DNA of 64,000 bases from an uncultured Planctomycetaceae bacterium (GTDB lineage: Bacteria; Planctomycetota; Planctomycetia; Pirellulales; PALSA-1355). Location of the stretch: positions 351,978 to 415,977 of the forward strand of contig CAWBTK010000006.1 in assembly GCA_963791755.1 (NCBI GenBank). The letters run 5' to 3'. Positions within the stretch are counted from its first letter, which is position 1; every line of letters starts with the position of its first letter. Below are positions 1-12,846 of the stretch, one piece after another. The notes under the pieces were generated by a model that saw only the letters and a list, made by a program, of their open reading frames with translations, was not told the DNA's origin and made no database searches. A program made the translations under genes and the position numbers.

Positions 1-362
1 ATTCAGCATGTCGCTCGGATTTCAGATCGGATCGTTTGTGGCTGGCGACGATTACGTTCTCGATCCAATTCTACATCGGCTATTTTCAATCAGCACGAGC
101 GGGTCGAACCATACGATCCTGCGCCTATTCCCTTGATACGCTGACGCTTGTCGGAACGGAAACGATTTCGTCAATTTCGGGTTCCGTTGGCAGCCTGACT
201 CGCTTCGACTCAAACGGCCTGGCGTTTCGCACGTCTAACCAAGTCGTGTTTATCACTTCGACCGTTGTTCCCGAGCCCTCGAGTCTGCTCCTTGGCGGTC
301 TCGGTTTCATTGGCTTGGCTGCCTGCGGCTGCCGGAGAAAATGGCCTGCGACAGCCAAATAG
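1..362 (+). CDS. PEP-CTERM-anchored secreted protein, 5' end outside the window
   Basis: The frame is open from nt 3 to TAG at 360-362; the track ORF 36..362 starts at an internal TTG. The C-terminus VPEPSSLLLGGLGFIGLAACGCRRK is a PEP motif plus a hydrophobic helix plus a basic tail. Confidence 0.7.
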   Translation, partial: SACRSDFRSDRLWLATITFSIQFYIGYFQSARAGRTIRSCAYSLDTLTLVGTETISSISGSVGSLTRFDSNGLAFRTSNQVVFITSTVVPEPSSLLLGGLGFIGLAACGCRRKWPATAK

Positions 363-366
363 TCCA

Positions 367-517
367 GTAGGTCAGGCCTCGGCCTGACAAACACGCTCGG
401 CCGGCTATCTCACTGATTGTGTCGTTGCTGTTCAGCGCTCGTTCTGTTGCCACCGTCTCCATAGGCGCTGGCGCCGCCGCGCCAATCGCACTTTCGTCAG
501 GCCGAGGCCTGACCTAC
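367..517. repeat. Nested-palindrome repeat element, copy 1 (151 bp, GTAGGTCA...TGACCTAC termini)
   Basis: The left end GTAGGTCAGGCCTCGGCCTGAC (367-388) and right end GTCAGGCCGAGGCCTGACCTAC (496-517) are reverse complements. Each end is itself an 8-bp hairpin (GTCAGGCC/GGCCTGAC). The interior is about 80% identical to 955-1118. Confidence 0.8.
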
Positions 518-954
518 TCGGCTCCGGAAGGCTATAATGAGGCCATGAGCAATTGGCCCGCCACCATCTTTCGAGTTCGGCCCAGCATTCTGTTTGTTGC
601 TGTGAGCGAACTCGCGTTTTGCACCCCGTTGCGCAATGAGGTGAATGTGTGCGATTGCAGCGTATTTCTCTTGCCGATATCCGCGGGGATATTTGGGCTG
701 ATTTGCTGCGTCGTTGCCTATGAACTGCCCCGCCGAATCTGGGGACACTCGGCCGTCGAATCGCCTGATTCAAAGTGAACCACTACCGGCGGTCAACGTT
801 TTTAGGAAGCAAAGTCATGCGTGATCATGCGCGCGGGGAAGCAAAAGGAACGAGAATCGCATCTTCTGAGCGTTTTCTTTGCGCGTTGTCGCTCATTCCG
901 GTATTGTAGCAGGGGGCGGGGGCGGATCGAAATTGGCGGGTGGCAGGAAGCCAA

Positions 955-1118
955 GTAGACAAGGCCTCGGCCTGACAAATCGGTTCGGCCGGGTATTTCA
1001 CTGAGCGTGTAATTGCTGTACAGCGCTCATTCAATTGCCACCGTTTCCATGGGCGCGGGCGCCGCGTCGACAATCGCCGATTGTCAGGTCGCCGCTTGAC
1101 TGCCGAGGCACGACCTAT
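955..1118. repeat. Nested-palindrome repeat element, copy 2 (164 bp, degenerate right end)
   Basis: It has the same orientation and internal sequence as 367-517 (e.g. CACTGA..GT..TTGCTGT.CAGCGCTC.TTC..TTGCCACCGT.TCCAT.GGCGC.GGCGCCGC). The left end is GTAGACAAGGCCTCGGCCTGAC. The right end, ...GTCAGGTCGCCGCTTGACTGCCGAGGCACGACCTAT, carries an insertion. Confidence 0.75.
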
Positions 1119-1370
1119 TCGGCTTTAAAAGGCTGCTTGGCAAGAAACTCGACCACGTCAGCCACGGTTTTAATGTGCGCATTTCTCAAATCTAGACCAG
1201 CAGGCCGCTCAATCTGACACTCATCGCATACAGACTTGACCAGGTCCACCAAGTCTTCGTCGGCAAAGCCATACACGCGGCCAAGGTTATCCTCAAACCC
1301 GACGGGAAACTCTCGTTGAATGGAACGCCTCTGGCAACTGCGCAAATACCGCCCGCGCAATTTCTCGCAT
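1115..1370 (-). CDS. Small hypothetical protein with an acyl-carrier-protein-like helix pattern but no Ser at the DSL position; needs one frame correction near 1322
   Basis: Joining track ORFs 1293..1577(-) and 1115..1360(-) at an extra C (plus-strand GG 1322-1323) gives MREIARAVFAQLPEAFIQREFPVGFEDNLGRVYGFADEDLVDLVKSVCDECQIE...TVADVVEFLAKQ. The G+C content is low (~52%). The join is my inference. Confidence 0.3.
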
Positions 1371-1594
1371 GGTTTGCGACGGCAAAGAATCGATTGTCTT
1401 TGAACAATTCCACTCGCGGCGATTCTTTAGCAGCACAAGTTGGTAAATACCGCCTGGTCCCGCGACGATTGCTCTGAGAAAGAGGCCAAAATTACCCTCA
1501 GCCACTTGTAGCTCCGCGGAAGTAGCGCTTCCAGTAACCAATGAAGAAAAGGTTCCAGGAACCGCTTTGCGTCTCACAGCCCGGCCCCGCCCGC

Positions 1595-2350
1595 CTACTT
1601 ATCCTTCAGCTTCGCCAGCCGCTCCGAGAGTCGCCCGTCGTTGTGGCACGACTTGCAAGAGATGTTGCTCTTGCCAACCGATGCCGGATCGGCCTTCCAC
1701 TGCTTGGCAACCCGCTCGTAGCCCGTGTCGGGCAGCACCTCGATGATCTTGTCGAGATGTCCGGCCGCTTCCTCGGCGCGGCCCGTTCGCTGCGCCGATT
1801 GCGCCAGCCCGGCCAATAGCTCGCCGCGAATATGCAGCGGCAGCCGCTCGATCGCGCGACCCTGCATTTGCCATAAGATATTGTAGTTGTCGTAACCGGC
1901 CGCCCAGGCAGCCTCGCGGTACTTCTCCGGCAGCCGGTCGCCGAAAAACACGTAGCTGCCGCCGACGATCGCCGCCACGGCCGGATGCTTCGGGCCGAGC
2001 TTCTTCGCCTCGGTAAACAGATCGAGCGATTCCTGATAGCCGCGCTCGAATTCCTCGGGCTTGCCCTCTTCCAGCGCCAGGATCGCGCGATACAGCTTCG
2101 TGCCGCCCTTCCAGGCCAGCAGCTCGGCCTTTTCATTCGGCCGCTGTTCAAGCAGCACCTCGATATTCTTCTCGGCCCGCGCGTATCGATCCATGTCGTT
2201 GGCCCGCCAGCCGGAGAAGATGTCCTCGCGCACCAGGGTCGAAACCGGCAGGCGCTTTTCGGCCAGCGGCGGGTCCGGCGAATCGGCCGCATGGGTACAC
2301 GCTTCGCTCACCAGAAACAGGGCCATGCAACTCAAGGCGATCGTGCGCAT
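1595..2350 (-). CDS. Secreted helical-repeat (TPR-like) protein with a single C-terminal CxxCH haem-binding motif
   Basis: Intact 251-aa ORF. It has an N-terminal signal-like MRTIALSCMALFLVSEACTHA and a C-terminal ...SNISCKSCHNDGRL. Confidence 0.6.
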   Translation of the reverse strand: MRTIALSCMALFLVSEACTHAADSPDPPLAEKRLPVSTLVREDIFSGWRANDMDRYARAEKNIEVLLEQRPNEKAELLAWKGGTKLYRAILALEEGKPEEFERGYQESLDLFTEAKKLGPKHPAVAAIVGGSYVFFGDRLPEKYREAAWAAGYDNYNILWQMQGRAIERLPLHIRGELLAGLAQSAQRTGRAEEAAGHLDKIIEVLPDTGYERVAKQWKADPASVGKSNISCKSCHNDGRLSERLAKLKDK

Positions 2351-2533
2351 CGACTATCTCCCTATGCGAAGATTGGTTGGCGGGAAGGCAAAGATTTCCA
2401 CGGGCCAAATTCTCCGTTCCGTGTCCAAGGTGAATTCGGCGGCCAGGCAGAAATATTGATGCCCGCCGCCGGGCTCGGACAATACGCGAAAGTTTAGGGC
2501 AGCGCCCGGGTCAAAGCTCGTCAACCGGCCCGC

Positions 2534-4345
2534 TCACGTGCCCAGGCCATACTGCTTGATTTTGTAGTACAACGTGGCCCGGCCAAGGCCCAATAGCGCG
2601 GCGGCCTCGGGCACGTTGCCATCGGCGCGGCGCAACGCCTCGCTGACCAGGCGTTGTTCCCAGTCTTTCAGATTCAGCGTTTCCAGCTCTCCGCCGGCCG
2701 CCTCGTGCAGCCCCAAGTCCGAGGCGTTGATTTCCGGACCTTCGGCCATCACCACCGCACTATCGATTACATTGCGCAACTGGCGGACGTTGCCCGGCCA
2801 TTGGCTGGACAGCAGCTTTTCGCGGGCCGCCTGCGAAATTCCCAGCGTTGGCCGGCCATGTTGTCGGCGGTAGTGATCGAGAAAAAAGTCGACCAGCAGA
2901 GCAATATCTTCCCCCCGCTGGCGCAGCGGCGGCGCTTGCAGCTCGAACACGGCCAGGCGATAGAATAAATCCTGGCGGAACTTTTTCTCGCGGACGTACG
3001 TTTTCAGATCCTGGTTCGTGGCCGTGATCACCCGCACGTCGACCGTGACTTCCTTCTGAGCGCCGACCGGCAGGAACGGATGCCCCTCGAGAATGCGCAG
3101 CAGCTTGGCCTGGCCTTCCAGCGTCATCTCGCCGACTTCGTCCAGAAACAGCGTGCCCAGGTCGGCCTGCTGGAAATAGCCGATGTGATCGCGGTCGGCG
3201 CCGGTGAACGAGCCGGCCTTGTGCCCGAACAGTTGGCTGTCCATCAGGTCTGGAGGAATGGCGGCGCAATTTACGCACAACATCGGACGATCGGCGCGCG
3301 AGCTGGCCTGGTGCAGGCGCGGGCGATCAATTCCTTGCCCGTGCCGCTCTCGCCCGTGATCAACACGCAGCCGTTGGCCCGCGCCATGCGGGCGATCTTG
3401 GACTTCAGTTCCAGCATGGCGGGGCTGCGGCCGATGATCTCGCCCCGCTCGGGCAGCTTGGCCACCAGGTTCTGATAGTCCGTGCTCAGGCTCCGCTCGC
3501 GCAGTGCGCGAACCAGCGCCACGGTGGTAATGTTGGCCAGCGAGATCGTGAAGTCGAAATCGGATTGCCGAAAACGGCCGGCTTCGAGATAGGCGTGGAT
3601 CGCGCCGAGAATCGTGTCGTCGTGCACCAGCGGCACGCAGATCGCGTCGGCGAAGTGTTGCACTCCGTCGGTCGGAGCGGCAACCCGATCGTTGGCCACC
3701 CAAATCGCCTGCTTCTGCTGGCAGACCATCTCGGTGAGTGATTTGTCGAACACCATTTGGCTCGTGGCTTCCGGCGGAATGACCAGGCGGGGGACGAGAT
3801 CTCCCTCGTCCGAGAGCCACAGAAACCCGGCCACCGTGGCGTGGGTCCACTCGCGCAGCAAGTCGAGCGACGCCTGCACCACGTCGTCCGGCGACTCGCA
3901 GCCCAAAAGCTTGATGCTGAATTGATACAACAGCAACAGTTCCTGCGCGGCGCGTGTCGGACAGCGCCGCCAGTGCCGCGGGCTCGAACGGCGAGCCCCC
4001 CATGGACTGGTTGCGGACGATCGTCGCGGTCAGCCGGCATTCGCTTTGCGAGTCGATGGTCGGCGGCTGTTCCGATGCGTGGAATTCGAACTCCGTGGAC
4101 CCGACCCGCACGTGATGGCCGTCGACCAGCACCGCGTCGTCGATTTTCTGATCGTTGACGTAGGTTCCGTTGCGGCTGTCGGCGTCGCGAATGTGCCAGG
4201 CGCCCCGGTCTTGAACGACGATTGCGTGCACGCGCGAGCAGAGCGGATCGCCCAGCGTGATGGCGCACTCCGGATCGCGGCCGATGCGCGTTTCGTCCGT
4301 CGGATCCAGCAGAAAACTGACCCCGGCCCGAATGCCGACCGTCAT
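2534..4345 (-). CDS. Sigma54-dependent transcriptional activator with FHA - GAF - AAA+ - Fis-type HTH domains; 2 frame breaks as assembled (~3316, ~3950)
   Basis: The ATG is at 4345-4343. FHA segment: RIGRDPECAITLGDPLCSRVHAIV...NGTYVND. GAF segment lies in track ORF 3271..3936. AAA+ segment: GESGTGKELIARA | LHQASSRADRPMLCVNCAAIP...GSFTGA...GTLFLDEVGEM. HTH segment: AAALLGLGRATLYYKIKQYGL. A GGG instead of GG at 3316-3317 restores the frame. Confidence 0.85.
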   Translation of the reverse strand: MTVGIRAGVSFLLDPTDETRIGRDPECAITLGDPLCSRVHAIVVQDRGAWHIRDADSRNGTYVNDQKIDDAVLVDGHHVRVGSTEFEFHASEQPPTIDSQSECRLTATIVRNQSMGGSPFEPAALAALSDTRRAGTVAVVSIQHQAFGLRVAGRRGAGVARLAARVDPRHGGRVSVALGRGRSRPPPGHSAGSHEPNGVRQITHRDGLPAEAGDLGGQRSGCRSDRRSATLRRRDLRAAGARRHDSRRDPRLSRSRPFSAIRFRLHDLAGQHYHRGAGSRTARAEPEHGLSEPGGQAARAGRDHRPQPRHAGTEVQDRPHGAGQRLRVDHGRERHGQGIDRPRLHQASSRADRPMLCVNCAAIPPDLMDSQLFGHKAGSFTGADRDHIGYFQQADLGTLFLDEVGEMTLEGQAKLLRILEGHPFLPVGAQKEVTVDVRVITATNQDLKTYVREKKFRQDLFYRLAVFELQAPPLRQRGEDIALLVDFFLDHYRRQHGRPTLGISQAAREKLLSSQWPGNVRQLRNVIDSAVVMAEGPEINASDLGLHEAAGGELETLNLKDWEQRLVSEALRRADGNVPEAAALLGLGRATLYYKIKQYGLGT

Positions 4346-4559
4346 CGTCAAGTAATTGTACACGGGTTTTGCGCTTGCCTGGAGCCGCGAATCTTTCGAA
4401 AGGCGCCTTCGCCAATGCGTTGGCAGCGCCAGTATATCACCCCGCGCGCGCCGCGCACAAGCGGAGTCGTCGGCGCCCCGCCCATGGTCAATTGTTCGCC
4501 TGCGCCGGCGGCCTAAAATGCACCAGCACCTTTGATCCGCGTCATGCCAGGCCGCAACC

Positions 4560-5363
4560 ATGTCCAAAAGCGACATCCCTGAATCTCTCCAGCACGACGC
4601 GGGCCTGTTGCTGGTGGGGCACGGCTCACGCGAGCAAGTCGGCCGGGACGAATTTCTGGCGACGGCAAGGCTGGCGGCCGACTTGGCCGGCAGCAGGGCG
4701 GTTGAAGCGTGCTTTCTGGAGTTCGCCGGTCCCTCGATTGCCGAAGGTTTTCGGATGCTCGTCGAGCGGCCCTCGAGCAGTCGGCCCGTGCGGCGCGTCG
4801 TTGTCGTGCCGGTGCTCCTGTTTTCGGCCGGGCACGCCCGGCGCGACATCCCCGCCGCGGTCGCGGCCGCCGCGAGCGAGTATCCACAAATTGCCGTCGT
4901 GCAGGCCGGGCACTTGGGCTGCCACGCCGAACTGTTGGCACTCTCCAAACTTCGCTTTGACGAAGCGCTCCAACTCACTGCTCCCGCGCCGGCCGGCGAA
5001 ACCGCGCTCGTGATGGTGGGGCGTGGCAGTCTCGATGCCGAGGCCACGGCCGAGATGTTGCAATTCGCCGAACTGCGCGCCCGGCAGACGCCCCTGCGGC
5101 GAACCGCCGTCGGCTTTGCCGCCATGGCCGAGCCGAAACTTCAACAGGTTCTCGACGAGGCGGCCGGCTGGGGCGTGCGCCGTGTCGTCGTGCAACCGCA
5201 CTTGCTGTTCGGCGGCGTGCTATTGGAACGGATTCGCGATGTCGTGGCGCGACAGGCCCAGAGCCATCCACGCATCGAGTGGCTGTTGACCGAGCATCTC
5301 GGTCCGTCGCGGCTCCTGGCGCGCGCCCTTGCCGCGCGTGCCGCCGAGTCGCTCGCGGGATGA
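4560..5363 (+). CDS. cbiX: Sirohydrochlorin chelatase, CbiX/SirB family (two-domain long form)
   Basis: Intact 267-aa ORF with two CbiX-like halves (LLLVGHGSRE... and LVMVGRGSLD...). Confidence 0.75.
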   Translation: MSKSDIPESLQHDAGLLLVGHGSREQVGRDEFLATARLAADLAGSRAVEACFLEFAGPSIAEGFRMLVERPSSSRPVRRVVVVPVLLFSAGHARRDIPAAVAAAASEYPQIAVVQAGHLGCHAELLALSKLRFDEALQLTAPAPAGETALVMVGRGSLDAEATAEMLQFAELRARQTPLRRTAVGFAAMAEPKLQQVLDEAAGWGVRRVVVQPHLLFGGVLLERIRDVVARQAQSHPRIEWLLTEHLGPSRLLARALAARAAESLAG

Positions 5364-5779
5364 AGATTTCGCAAGGTTACTCATCGGCCGCCCAAGCTGG
5401 CGAGGCAGCCAACCCCCACGCGGCGCATTCGTGCTTCAGTCCCGCATTGGTTTGAGCCGGGGGCGGATTTCGACCGATGCAAGTAGCTGAGACGTCGCAC
5501 GGTCTCGGTCCGCGTATGAGGTAAAATAGTCAAAACGCGCCGTGTTCTACGGCGAACTTGCGGACCGGGCGCGACCCAAATCACCTTTCTTGACGTACCC
5601 AAAGCTGGATATCGTAATCGCCTGCCATGAAGCGAGCTTAGCGCGTCTGCCACGATCGATTGTGACGATCAGGCGAAGTGTGCTGATATTGCATTCTGCG
5701 CGATAGGCGGATACGATCTGTTTAACCCGTTTCGTTTGCGGCACTTAGGCTTTCCAGCGAAATCCTCAGAGGGAGATCC

Positions 5780-7892
5780 ATGAATCGTCCAACAGCGCTT
5801 TTGAGCGGTTTTTCTGCCCGACGATTCATGCCTTTCGCGCTGCTGGCGGCCTCGTGTGTCGCACTTCTGGCCGGCCGAATGGTCGCGGCCGAGCCCGTCG
5901 GCTCCCAAGAGCGAGGACCGCCAAATCACCAAGAGCATCACGGGGCTCATGGCCCGCGAGCATCTGACGCGGCATCCGCTGGACAACGAGATCAGCGGCC
6001 GCTGGATGACCAACTACCTGAAGATGCTCGACCCGCGCAAGGTGTTCTTCAGCCAGGCGGACGTCGACGGCTTCATGGACCTATCGCGACCAGTTGGACG
6101 ACATGGCGCTGCAGCGGCGACACGTCGTTTGCCTACCGCGTCTTCAACAAGTTCCTCGAGCGGATCGACGAGCGCGTGAAGCTGGTCGACGAATTGGTGC
6201 CGCTGAGCCGCAGGACTTCACGGTCGACGAGGATCTGGACACCGATCCCGATCACGATCGTCCTACGCCAAGAACGACGCCGAAATGCGCGATCGCTGGC
6301 GCAAGCGGGTCAAATACGAACTGCTCGACCTGGCCAGTCGAAAAGAAGCTCGAAGGCAAGGAGGCGCAGGACAAGATCGCCAAGCGCTACCACCACCTGG
6401 CCAAGCGGATGCGGCAGACCGACAACGACGAGCTGCTGGAAATGTATCTGACCGCCCTGACCACGGCCTACGATCCGCACACCACCTACATGTCGGCCGA
6501 CTCGCTGGAGAATTTCGAGATCCAGATGCGGCTGAACCTGGAAGGCATCGGCGCCGCGCTGGAAGCTCCGGACGGCGAAACCGTGGTCAAGAAGATCATT
6601 CCCGGCGGCGCGGCCGCCAAGGACGGCCGGCTGAAGATCGACGACCGCATCGTCGGCGTGGGCCAGGGCACCGACGGCGCCGATCGTCGACGTGCAGCGA
6701 AATGAAGCTCAACGACGTGGTCAAGCTGATCCGCGGCCACCAGGGCACGACCGTCCGCCTGAAGGTCATTCCCAAGGGCGAGACCGAGCCGAAGATCTAC
6801 GACATCGTCCGCCAGCAGATCGAGCTGACCGACAGCGAGGCCCGCAGCGAGATTCTCGAAGCCGGCAAGAAGCCGGACGGCCAGCCCTATAAGGTCGGCG
6901 TGATCAACCTGCCCAGCTTCTACATGGACATGAGCGGCGCCCGCAATCGGCCGCGACGACTTCAAGAGCACGACCCGCGACGTGGCCAAGCTGCTCAAGC
7001 AGTTCAAGCTAAGAAGGTCGACGCCGTGGTGATCGATCTGCGCCTCAACGGCGGCGGTTCGCTGACCGAGTCGATCAACCTGACCGGCCTGTTCATCGAC
7101 ACCGGCCCGGTCGTGCAGGTCAAGGATTTTGACGGCACAGAAGACAGCAATACGACGACACCGAGCGCGGCGTGGCCTGGGACGGACCGCTGGTCGTGCT
7201 GACCAGCAAGTTCAGCGCCAGCGCCAGCGAGATCTTCGCCGGCGCGATCCAGGACTACAAGCGCGGCCTGATCGTCGGCGACGAATCGACCCACGGCAAG
7301 GGCACCGTCCAAAGCCTGCTCGACCTGGGCCAGCGGATGTTCCGCGGCTTGCCGAATGCCCCGCAACTGGGCGCGCTGAAGATCACGATGCAGCAGTTCT
7401 ATCGCCCCGACGGCGACAGCACGCAAAACCGCGGCGTGTTGGCCGACGTCGATGCTGCCCTCGCTGACCAGCCAGTTGGACGTGGGCGAAGCGAGCCTGG
7501 ACTACGCCATGAAGTTCGACCACGTCGACCCGGCCGAAGTACACCAAGTACAACCTGGTCGACAAGCGCCTGATCGATCAGTTGCAAGGCCCGTTCGGCC
7601 GATCGTCGCAAGGACTCGCAAGGACTTCCAGAAGGTGATGCGCGAAATCGACCGCTTCAACGAGCAAAAGGAAAAGAAGCGAATCTCGCTCAATCGCGAG
7701 AAGTTCATGGCCGAAAAGGCCGAGCTGACTGCCGAGAAGCAGGAAGAGAAGGAGCTCGAGGAGCTGAACGATCCGAATCGCCCGGTCGTCAAGCGCGACT
7801 ACTACTTCAACGAAGTGCTGGCCATCACGACCGACTACGCGGCGATGCTCAACTGCGCCCGCAGGCCGCCGACCGTGGAGCGAAGACGATAA
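5780..7892 (+). pseudogene. prc: Tail-specific / C-terminal processing protease (S41, PDZ-containing); at least 12 frame breaks as assembled
   Basis: An SD GGGAG precedes ATG 5780. Homologous segments alternate among all three frames. They include DRQITKSITGLMAREHLTRHPLD, YRVFNKFLERIDERVKLVDEL, EMRDRWRKRVKYELLDL, the PDZ segment NLEGIGAALEAPDGETVVKKIIPGGAAAKDGRLKIDDRIVGV, VVIDLRLNGGGSL, and the catalytic region LVVLTSKFSASASEIFAGAIQDYKRGLIVGDESTHGKGTVQ. Confidence 0.85.
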
Positions 7893-7954
7893 ACGCCGGC
7901 TCCGGCCAACGCCGATGAACGCCCAGCGGCATGCATCTAGCCGAGCGGTCGCGC

Positions 7955-8781
7955 TCAGGTCGAGCGGCATCCGCAGCCCGTCGTAGGCCAGTTCCATGCC
8001 CTCGGGCAGCGAGGCGTTGGTGGCCTCGTGCTCCAGGTCGTGCGACATGTGCGTGAACAGCGTCCGCTTGGCCCGCACCCTCTGGGCCACCTCCACCGCC
8101 TCGTCCAGGCTGAAGTGCGTGGGATGCGGCTTGTGGCGCAGCGCGTCGAGGACCAGCACGTCCAAGCCCTCCAAGCAGCGGCCAGCTCTCCGGCGGAATG
8201 CGGTTGGTGTCGGTGCAATAGGCGACGTTGCCGAAGCGAAAGCCCAGCACGCGAAACTTGCCGTGCTCGAGCCGAATCGGCATCGACCCGCGCGCCCAGC
8301 ACCTCGAACGGCTCCGTCGTCGATGCGCGTGAAACTCGATCTGCGGCACGCCGCCGCCGTAGTGTCGGGCCTCGTCGGCAAAGGCATAGTCGAACGACTT
8401 GCGAATCCGGGCCTCGACCTGCTCTTCGCAATAGACCGGCATCGGGTGTCCCAGGTAGTAGGGAAACAGCCGCAGGTCATCCAGGCCGAACACGTGGTCG
8501 GCATGGTCGTGGGTAAACAGCGTCGCATGGACGATGCCGATCTTCTCGCGCAGCAGTTGCGTGCGCAGGTCGGGCGGCGTGTCGACCAGCAGGTTTCCGC
8601 CGGGCAGGCCCAGCACCAGCGCGCAGCGAAGCCGGTTGTTGCGAGGGTCGGTGCTGGTGCAGGTGTCGCAGCCGCAGCCGATGACCGGCACGCCCATCGA
8701 GGTGCCGGTGCCCAGGAAGACCAACTGGCCGCTGACGTCGGTGGTGACAGCAGGTTTGCTCACGGCAGTCCGATCGTCCAA
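7955..8781 (-). pseudogene. MBL-fold metallo-hydrolase (PhnP-like); about 4 frame breaks; 3' end unresolved
   Basis: Segments include LVFLGTGTSMGVP, the HxHxDH motif LFTHDHADHVFGLDDL, TEPFEVLGARV (second frame), PIRLEHGKFRVLGFRFGNVAYCTDT, and LDVLVLDALRHKPHPTHFSLDEA...FTHMSHDL (third frame). The last frame has no stop until 7578, so the true end is uncertain. Confidence 0.7.
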
Positions 8782-8925
8782 GGTGTCTATGTCGGGCGGG
8801 TGAAGTCGGGAGGATCAAACGCTTTAGGGGCGGGTGGCGACCCAATGTCCGATCCCAAGCACGGTTGCAATCGAATGCCGATTGTTGGGGCGGCATGGGC
8901 CGCTCGGGCACCTGAACAACCGTTA

Positions 8926-8954
8926 TTGACCCTCCGTAAAAATCGTTATAAATT
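8926..8954 (+). promoter_or_regulatory. Candidate sigma70-type promoter for secA
   Basis: TTGACC (8926-8931), a 17-nt spacer, then TAAATT (8949-8954); alternatively TATAAA at 8947-8952 with a 15-nt spacer. It lies in the divergent spacer upstream of ATG 9080. Confidence 0.3.
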
Positions 8955-9079
8955 ATGTTGCTTGCGAATCTTACGCCTTCTCGACCTTTCGCTTGCCTGC
9001 TGGCGAAATTTGCATGCCGCCGGCGCCGTCGATCAAGCGCACTCGTTTCAACGCTCGCTAGGAACAGGTCCAAGTACCT

Positions 9080-12802
<3,723 letters not shown>

Positions 12803-12846
12803 CCGGGCGAAAGCGTGATCTCGCCAACTGGGAAAGGAATCCCGCC

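Noticed and set aside
419-1073. ORFs 419..778(+), 432..773(-) and 825..1073(-) around the repeat copies
   Set aside because: They begin or end inside the palindromic repeats, have no motifs and have poor codon bias. They are most likely non-coding.
1644-1657. TGGCACGACTTGCA, resembling a sigma54 -24/-12 promoter
   Set aside because: The GG-to-GC spacing is 2 nt too short for TGGCACG-N4-TTGC. The site also lies inside a minus-strand coding region, on the wrong strand for any nearby gene.
2534-5125. 863-aa ORF extending the sigma54 activator 780 nt upstream over cbiX
   Set aside because: The first 260 residues are antisense to cbiX and low-complexity. The FHA domain starts at the internal ATG 4345.
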